Positions 55,745 to 64,000 of a stretch of 64,000 nt of DNA are shown piece after piece (positions within the stretch are counted from its first letter, which is position 1; each line of letters opens with the position of its first letter). A program made the translations under genes and the position numbers. Location of the stretch: assembly GCF_009914755.1 (NCBI RefSeq), contig NC_060947.1. One strand, given 5' to 3'. Origin of the DNA: the human T2T-CHM13v2.0 reference genome, Homo sapiens. The notes under the pieces were generated by a model that was not told the DNA's origin, made no database searches, and saw nothing but the letters and a program-made list of their open reading frames with translations.

Positions 55745-55844
55745 AAGAGCTTGGGACCCAGGCAGTGGAGGGGTAAGAGGATGCAGCTTATATGGAAGAG
55801 CGTGGGACCCAAGCATTTGGAGAGATAAGAGGATGTGGCTTGTA
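55745..55844. repeat. Diverged two-copy tandem duplication, ~51-bp period
   Basis: aagagcttgggacccaggcag-tggaggggtaagaggatgcagcttata vs aagagcgtgggacccaagcatttggagagataagaggatgtggcttgta. Confidence 0.85.
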
Positions 55845-56693
55845 AGTGTCCTTCCTGGAAACCCCACAGGTGACAAACCGCACAGGTGCATTCCGCCTAT
55901 GCTGATGCTCTGACCACTTCTGAGTTGTCATTTATGTCTCCCCGGTATCCCCAGAAGAAACTCGCCAACCTCAAGTTGGAAGTCAAGGCTTCCAAAACTG
56001 ATGTGGGAGAGGGGAGTAGATAGAGTCTAACTCTCAACACTTACACAGGTGGGCTAAACCAGTTATCCACTCTCTCCTCCCACTACCCTTCACCAGGAAC
56101 TCACTTTTCTGGTGTTGATTCCCTGGAGCAGCCTTTCTGAACTCCAAGGTCATGGTCACCCTATTCCACTTCCCAAGCATGTCCTTCTCCAGCCCTATGA
56201 CACACAGAAGCCTATGGACTTCTCATCATACATCATAAGGGCTTCTTCTTTGAGTCCTGGGTCACCCCATCTCATATTAGTAAACTAAGACAACCAAGTA
56301 TCTTTAATCACCATGGGTTTTTTTTGGTGGCGGAAGGGAAGGGGCAAAAAAATGTGGAGTGTCTAAGTCTTACCTTTCTGAAGATTCAGTTAGTTCCAAT
56401 AGAGGAAGGGACTTGCATGGCTCCTAATGATTTTTCAAAGTAGCAACTTGAAGGCAGCACATTGGAGCATTTCACAGCTGCATCCCCGCTTGACAATCCT
56501 GCCTCTTCTACAAAGCTAAGAATACTACTCAGCTAACCCTCAGTCCTTGAGGAGGAGAAGCCTGAGAAGATAGAATTTGATCCTGCAGAATACATGGCAG
56601 GAATTGGTTGAGTCACAGCTATGTCTCCCTGAAATGTGTGTGTTTTTTTTTTTCATGAGGATGTTGCTTTTCTCAACATGAATATAAAATACA

Positions 56694-56972
56694 GTGCAGG
56701 AACAGGGGCTCACACCTGTAATCCCAGCACTTTTAGAGGACTGCTTGATGCCAGGAGTTCCAGACTAGCCTGGACAACATAGCAAGACTCTGTCTCTACA
56801 ACAACAACAAAAAATGTAAAAATAAGCCAGGTGTCATGGTGTGCACCTGTAGTCCCAGCTACTTGGGAGGCTGAGGCAGGAGAATTTCTTGAGACCATGG
56901 GTTCAAGGCTGCAGTGAACTATGATTACACCACTGCACTCCAACATTGGTGACAGAGCAAGATCCTGTCTCC
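56694..56972 (+). mobile_element. AluJ with left-arm deletion; tail replaced by an AT-rich array
   Basis: cccagcacttttag joined directly to aggactgcttga; ends gatcctgtctcc then aaatatat. Confidence 0.92.
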
Positions 56973-58330
56973 AAATATATATATATAATATATTATATAT
57001 ATATAAAATATATATATATAATATATTATATATATATAAAATATATATATATAATATATTATATATATATAAAATATATATATAATATATTATATATATA
57101 TAAAATATATATATAATATATATATAAAATATATATATAATATATTATATATATAAAATATATATATAATATATTATATATATATTTTATATATATAATA
57201 TATTATATATATTTTATATATATAATATATTATATATATTTTATATATATATAATATATTATATATATTTTATATATATAATATATTATATATATTTTAT
57301 ATATATATAATATATTATATATATTATATATATATAATATATTATATATATTATATATATATAATATATTATATATATTATATATATATAATATATTATA
57401 TACATATTTTATATATATAATATATTATATATATATAAAATATATATATAATATATTATATATATAAAATATGTATATAATATATATATAATATATAATA
57501 TATATATAATATGTATAATATAGATATAAATATATAATATATAATATATAATATATATATTATATATATTATATATAATATATTATATATATTATATATA
57601 ATATATAATATATTATATATATTATATATAATATATAATATATTATATATATTATATATAATATATAATATATTATATATATTATATATAATATATAATA
57701 TATTATATATATTATATATAATATATAATATATTATATATATTATATATAATATATTATATATAATATATAATATATTATATATTATATATATTATATAT
57801 AATATATTATATATATTATATATAATATATAATATATTATATATAATATATATAATATATAATATATTATATATAATATATATAATATATAATATATTAT
57901 ATATATTATATATAATATATAATATATTATATATATTATATATAATATATATAATATATTATATATATTATATATAATATATAATATATTATATATAATA
58001 TATAATATATAATATATTATATATATTATATATAATATATAATATATTATATATAATATATATAATATATAATATATTATATATATTATATATAATATAT
58101 AATATATTATATATTATATATAATATATAATATATTATATATATTATATATAATATATAATATATTATATATATAAAATATATATAATATATAAAATGTA
58201 TATATAATATATAAAATACACATAATATATAAAATTTAAAATATATATAAAATATAAAATATATATAAAAATATATATAATATATATATAAAATATATAT
58301 ATACACTCATATGTATGTATATGTATATAT
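56973..58330. repeat. ~1.35-kb AT-rich minisatellite with palindromic segments
   Basis: Almost pure A/T; units built on ataatatattat; exact 30-bp period at ~57601-57750. Confidence 0.97.
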
Positions 58331-58519
58331 GGCAATTAAAAAATACTTGGTTGTCTTACTTCAGTCGTGTTTATCCTTGTGTGTGTGAGCAGGTATTTTG
58401 AAAGATGAAGACCTAAGATGGATGTACAGGGCCCTAAAGTTTTGGCCCAGAATATATGCACCTATTTAAGCCTGGATGAGCCCAACTTTACACCTTGGAA
58501 TGAGTAGTGATGTGCAAAA

Positions 58520-58645
58520 TACCTGAGGTCAGGAACCAGACCTGTCTAGTTCAGCACTGTACTTGCAAAACCCAGTGTTGGAATTGAGCTTTTCCACTCA
58601 AATATTTAGTAAATGCTCAAATAAATGAATGGATGTGAATCAATA
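58520..58645 (+). mobile_element. L2 3' terminus
   Basis: cctgaggtcaggaac..tgtctagttcagcactgta..ataaatgaatggatg. Confidence 0.6.
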
Positions 58646-59133
58646 GATGAGGAAACTGTGATGTTGTGATGAGATTATTCTGTAGGAACCAGAAGCAAAG
58701 GTGACCCACTGGTGTGTAGCAAGAGGCATTTCTCCTAAGGAGAGGGGCAACTCCCATTTCCAACTGCCCATGAGAGGTGTAGATTCAGGAGCAGAGATTG
58801 GGAGGCAGAGGAGGAGCCTTTGGCTCAGGTGAGCAGAGGATTTCCCTCTACTTTTAGCTTTAGAGAATTGAGATTGAAGGGCACTCCTCTTGGTGACTTT
58901 AACATGTTCTTGACAATGAACTGTCATTGAGTTGCTACCTTAAAAAATCATTACCAGCTATGCAAGTTTCTTCCCGGATTAGGACTAACTTAATCTTCAG
59001 AAAGGGACGATTTAGACGCTCTACATTTCTTGCTCCATGCCGCAAGCCTCAAGAGATTGAACTCAAGGCTGTCTGTTGTATCAATTCCCAGCTTGTTATT
59101 TAAAGCCTATGTGGTCAATGTGAGGTCCATTCT

Positions 59134-59424
<291 letters not shown>

Positions 59425-59541
59425 TGAGGTCCATTCTTTCTATTTAGAGGCAAACTCCTAAAGGCAAGAGTCATGGTTAATTCTTTATCATCCATAATGC
59501 CTAACAAAGATAGGCCTTGTTCCCATACATATTCAGATGTA

Positions 59542-59985
59542 CAGTTGACTTTTGAACAACACAGGAGTTAGGGGTGTCAGACCTCATGCACTTAAAAAAA
59601 TCTATGTACAACTTTTGATTCCCTAAAAACTTAACTACTAATAGCCTACTGTTGACTGGAAGCCTTACTGGTAACATAAATAGCCAACTGACACATATTT
59701 TGTATGCTATATATATATTATATGCTGTATTCTTACAGTAAAGTAAGCTAGAGAAAAGAAAATGTTATTAAGAAAACTATGAGGAAGAGAAAATATATTT
59801 AGTATTCATTAAGTAGAAGTGGATCATCATAAAGGTCTTCATCCTTGTCTTCATGTTGAGGAGGTTGAGGAGCAGGAGGAAGAGGAGGGGTTGGTCTTGC
59901 TGTCTCAAGGGTGACAGAGGTGGAAGAAAATCCTCATATAAGTGGAGCTTCACAGTTCAAGCTCATGTTGTTCAAGGATCAGTTG
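59542..59985 (-). mobile_element. Tigger2a (MER28) MITE, full length
   Basis: TIRs cagttgacttttgaacaac / gttgttcaaggatcagttg, TA target duplication on both sides. Confidence 0.92.
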
Positions 59986-60177
59986 TATTCGTTTTACTGT
60001 ATTTGTTTAGGTTTCATAGTTTGCTTGTGATGGGCCCCCTACTCCAGGAAATTAAGAGAGTTGGACTCTGCATCTGTATTAATTTTCACAAACAACATCT
60101 GAACACATGAGTATGTGGCTCCTTGTTATCAATTTCTGAAGACAGACTCAGGCAGAATTTTACTGAAAGTCGATCTG

Positions 60178-60307
60178 TAATCTTAATAGTTATTTGACAA
60201 CTCAATTCTAAGTAAGTTGAACTTAATCTTAATAGTTATTTGACAACTCAATTCTAAGTAAGTTGAACTTAATCTTAATAGTTATTTGACTTCTCAATTC
60301 TAAGTAA
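60178..60307. repeat. 46-bp tandem repeat, ~2.8 copies
   Basis: taatcttaatagttatttgacaactcaattctaagtaagttgaact twice identically, then a partial third copy. Confidence 0.97.
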
Positions 60308-61374
60308 CTTTTTACAGTTACCTAGCACTTTGTACAGTACTGAAATAGAGCTTTGCCATAATTATTTTCGCAAGCTAATGAGGAAAGCCAGCAACATTGT
60401 GAATCCAGTTGATAAAGGCATGTGGGCGCCACCGCCCAGTTCCAGAGATGTGGCATAAGTATGGGCAGCCTCTACATCTTACTTGACATCACGATCAAGT
60501 GGGGCTAATATTTATCTTCCTCAAGTTTGCTCTCTTACATGCTTCACATACTTACATGTAATTAGTGTTTGCAACATGCTTTAAGTTCCTGAGATGCCTG
60601 TGAAAATCAGAAGTATGTCAAAGAATAGTTTGAATACAGTGAGTGTGGAGGGCTTTGTAAATTTGCAACCCATGGACGCTTCAAAGGCATAGCTTCAAAG
60701 GCATATTAGCAATAGCATGTATCTAAGATGATTTAAAAGCTTTTGCATATAGGTTTTACATCCTTTTATTGGAACACGAATAAACTCAAGGAGTCTCAGG
60801 TCCTTAAAATTAAAGGGATGGAATGATATTTCCTTTATTGTTTTTCCCAGTTTATGGATACACGACTTATTTGTGAACAGTAAAAAAGCCTAAATGTTAT
60901 CTGCTTTGGAATACAAAACGTCTGTTCTTATCAGATAATACAACTTTCCTTACAAACCCCATGGTTTCAGGAAATAAGCTGAATTTTTCTCCTTTCATAG
61001 AATATTTGAAAACTATATATGACCTTAGCAGATCCTAAATAGCTAACATTTGAGTCTACTGTAGCACTGAGACCTAAAGATGTAGTATTTTAATGTTTCA
61101 ATTTAAATGATTATTTTCCCAGGCATTTAGATATAAGTGGTACTATAAGGTAAGTAAATACAGGTTCACAAACATTATGTTATCTTGGATTTTCTGCCAC
61201 TTCACAAGATGACTCACATAAAGTTAACTACGGGCTTGAGTAAATATTCTTATTAAACAGAATATATTATTGCATAGATTTGTATTGAGTGCCTAAAATT
61301 GTATTAGTTATGAATACAACGAACACTAAACACTTACATACTTATACCATGAAAAAAATCTCTCTCTTAGAGTA

Positions 61375-61477
61375 GGGCAAGTGAATTGCTGGGGAGCTTC
61401 ACCGCATTCCCAGGGACATACACACTGGGGCAAGTGAGTTGCTGGGGAGTTTTACTGCATTCCTGGGGACTGCACAC
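61375..61477. repeat. Diverged two-copy tandem duplication, 53-bp period
   Basis: gggcaagtgaattgctggggagcttcaccgcattcccagggac vs gggcaagtgagttgctggggagttttactgcattcctggggac. Confidence 0.9.
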
Positions 61478-61599
61478 ATCATGGTTTCATTCAAATGGGT
61501 TTTGTTTCTTCAAAATATTGCAAGCAAAACCCAAGTAAACAAGAAAAAAGATTTGCACCGTGTTCACATTTCTTGCATGAATAATGCAGACCATCAAAA

Positions 61600-62051
61600 G
61601 ATAGATGTGTGCTATAAGCAGGCAGATAAAGATAGATAGATACATACAGAGATGGATAGATAGAAATAGATGACAGGTAGATAGATAGATACATACATAC
61701 ATGATGCATACATACATACATAGATGATGGATGGATAGAGATCAATGATAGAAGATAGATAGATGGATACCTACATAAAAACATATGATAGATGGATAGC
61801 TAGGTAGATATATAGATGATAGATACATACATACATAGATACATAGATAGAGATTAATGATGGATAGATAGATACATAGATGGATGGATATAGATGATAG
61901 ATGGATAGATAGATATAGAGATTAGATAGATATAAATAGATGATAGATGATAGACACAGAGATTAGATAGATATGATAGATATGTAGGTAGTGAGAGAGA
62001 TAAGTAGAAATGGATGATAGATGATAGATAGATACATCCATACATGGATGA

Positions 62052-62090
<39 letters not shown>

Positions 62091-62101
62091 CACATAGAGA
62101 T

Positions 62102-62167
<66 letters not shown>

Positions 62168-62200
62168 CATTTTATTTCTGGTAACAAGCAAGATAGATAG
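61600..62200. repeat. Compound GATA-type STR ending (AGAT)9-acacatagagatt-(AGAT)16
   Basis: Perfect blocks at 62054-62089 and 62103-62166 within a degenerate GATA/GATG/CATA tract. Confidence 0.97.
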
Positions 62201-64000
62201 ACAAAAGAAAAGATCAATGATTATTAAAAGCCAAGTATATTTTCATCTCCCATAACTTGATGAAAGATAAGTTGTTTCCTGGCATCAGAACATGTGCAAA
62301 GCTTAACTTTTCTGTAATCCTGGATTCCTTGCTGCAGGTTGAACCCTCAAATTTTAGGTCACATCCCTTCCATTGAACAGCATGATGCATTTCTTTACAG
62401 CAAGTAGTTTAGCTTATCTCCACTCTTTGTGGACAGAGGCTGTAGCACCAGAGAAACACAACCATTTCTATGTGAAATGTGGTCTAAGTTAATGAGACTT
62501 TAGCCAACTCTTCATGTGAAAATAGAATCTCTCTAAAATATATGCTTATCCAGAGAAGGGAAGCCAAGGAGAAGCTCAGTGCTTTATATAATGTTGGAAT
62601 CCTGGTTGTAGGTAACAGAACTACAAGATAGGAAACACGTTCTTGTTTCCTGATATTTACCATAAACATGAGAAAAAGGTTCCTGAAGTTTACGCAGAGC
62701 ACTTTTCATTGTGGGTTTACAGGAGATGAGCAGATGAAAGAATTCAGTGATCCTCTCTCATGGAGTCACATTGTTTAGGTCGGCATTTCTCCCAGAACAT
62801 TAGATTTGTGAAAGGGGATGGTGTGCTCCAGGCAGCTTCTGGGGCCACTGGGTCTATGGGAACCCTTTCTCATGCAGCCCTTATAGCAAAGAAAAGCTGA
62901 GCTGGCAGACATATGTGAACTCTTGGCTACATCACCCTGATTCTCTGCCAGGACCAGGGACTAAATATGTTGAAAACTTCATTTAGTTGGTGTTGACACA
63001 GATTAAGGTCTAATTTTGCTTCATTTTACATTATCAAACCTCAAGCATTTAAACACAGTCCTCTTGTAACTCCACACAGGGGTGAGTTATAAGATAAAAA
63101 TGTGTGGAAAGCCCTCCCAAAGACCTCCTACATGGATAATTACGTTAGTGGCAGAGTTTGGTGTAGGTCTCCTTAAATCACGCATCTGAACTGATTATGG
63201 GGGCTCACTCCTCCCTAATGAGGCTCCATATATAGCAGAGATTATTACTTCCAGGAGACTATGTTACCAAATGATTCCTGATGGGAAAAGGGCATTTAAG
63301 ATCCTGACTGGACAATTTACAATTTGTGGTGAAATCGTCATTTCAAAACCAGCTGTTATATATTAGACATGTTCACACTGCAAAGAGCTCAGGAGTTACA
63401 TGAAACTAAGAATTATGAGTGATGTTTTCTAGGAGAGGCAACATCATTGAGTTTATCATAAGAGTGCCTGGGAAGTGAGACAGCTTGGAGTAAAGAAAAA
63501 TGCACTCAACTAGGATCCTAGAATCCGAAAAGCATCATTTCTAGAGGCTTGTAATTACCTGCTTGTAATATAATCTCTTGCAATTCACTTTACCTGCCCA
63601 AAGGACAAGGTGAATGACAAAATATCAAGCAGAGGAAATCTACTATTATCTATTTTATTTGAATTTATCTATTTTATTTGCATTTCAAGTTTAAAAAAAA
63701 ACTCTATAATTTTAAAAAGTGTAAGAACAGCTTAGTCTATAGATTACCCAGTGCTAGGCATGATGCTGTTTCCACTGGAACAAGGATGAGAAATGTCTGT
63801 GTCCTACACTGAGAAGCTCACAGTCTATTTCAGGTGACACACTCACATCCTCATCATTTGTTGACTTCCATATTTGCAAGTTTGCTTACATACTAAAATT
63901 GATTTGTAATCTAGCACTTCCGTAGTCATCCAGAGACATGCACAGAGTGGTGACAATTTTCAATAACTGAGACCCACATTGCTCACATTTTTGTGCTTTT

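Noticed and set aside
57989-58306. 105-aa Ile/Tyr-rich ORF (also the SIYL-type ORFs at 40360 and 61487-62191 and CV/HT ORFs at 405-675 and 35697-36003)
   Set aside because: These are translations of simple repeats.
60178-60307. Repeat of CRISPR-like length with an internal palindrome
   Set aside because: Units are head-to-tail with no unique spacers, there are no cas genes, and the context is primate.
60678-60705. 14-bp tandem duplication gcttcaaaggcata (similar micro-duplications near 30112, 35922 and 44655)
   Set aside because: Ordinary slippage-type micro-duplications common in any genome.

Overview
Primate, very probably human, non-coding DNA (intergenic or deep intronic). It is AT-rich, CpG-depleted and dominated by transposable-element remnants: about 17 Alu elements or monomers including a near-pristine AluYa4/Ya5-type copy, L1PA/L1PB/L1M and L2 fragments, MIRs, solo LTRs (THE1, MST, MLT1, MLT2, LTR8, MER31, LTR14B-like), hAT and Tigger DNA-transposon fossils, and microsatellites. 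I find no credible protein-coding exon, RNA gene or CRISPR array; the listed ORFs are repeat-derived or chance. Subfamily names come from recalled consensus sequences and need RepeatMasker/Dfam confirmation. The most unusual signals are structural. First, three short dispersed copies of locally unique sequence lie 2-2.7 kb from their partners, each at or near an Alu tail or simple repeat; one is a ~150-bp copy of an L2/MER20/MST junction pasted inside an AluJ. Second, a 1.35-kb AT-rich array grown from an Alu tail contains a perfect 82-bp spacer-less palindrome. Third, there are three ~50-bp tandem duplications, L1 inversion and tail-less insertion scars, and a few candidate regulatory motifs. 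I see no evidence of a new gene-encoded system.
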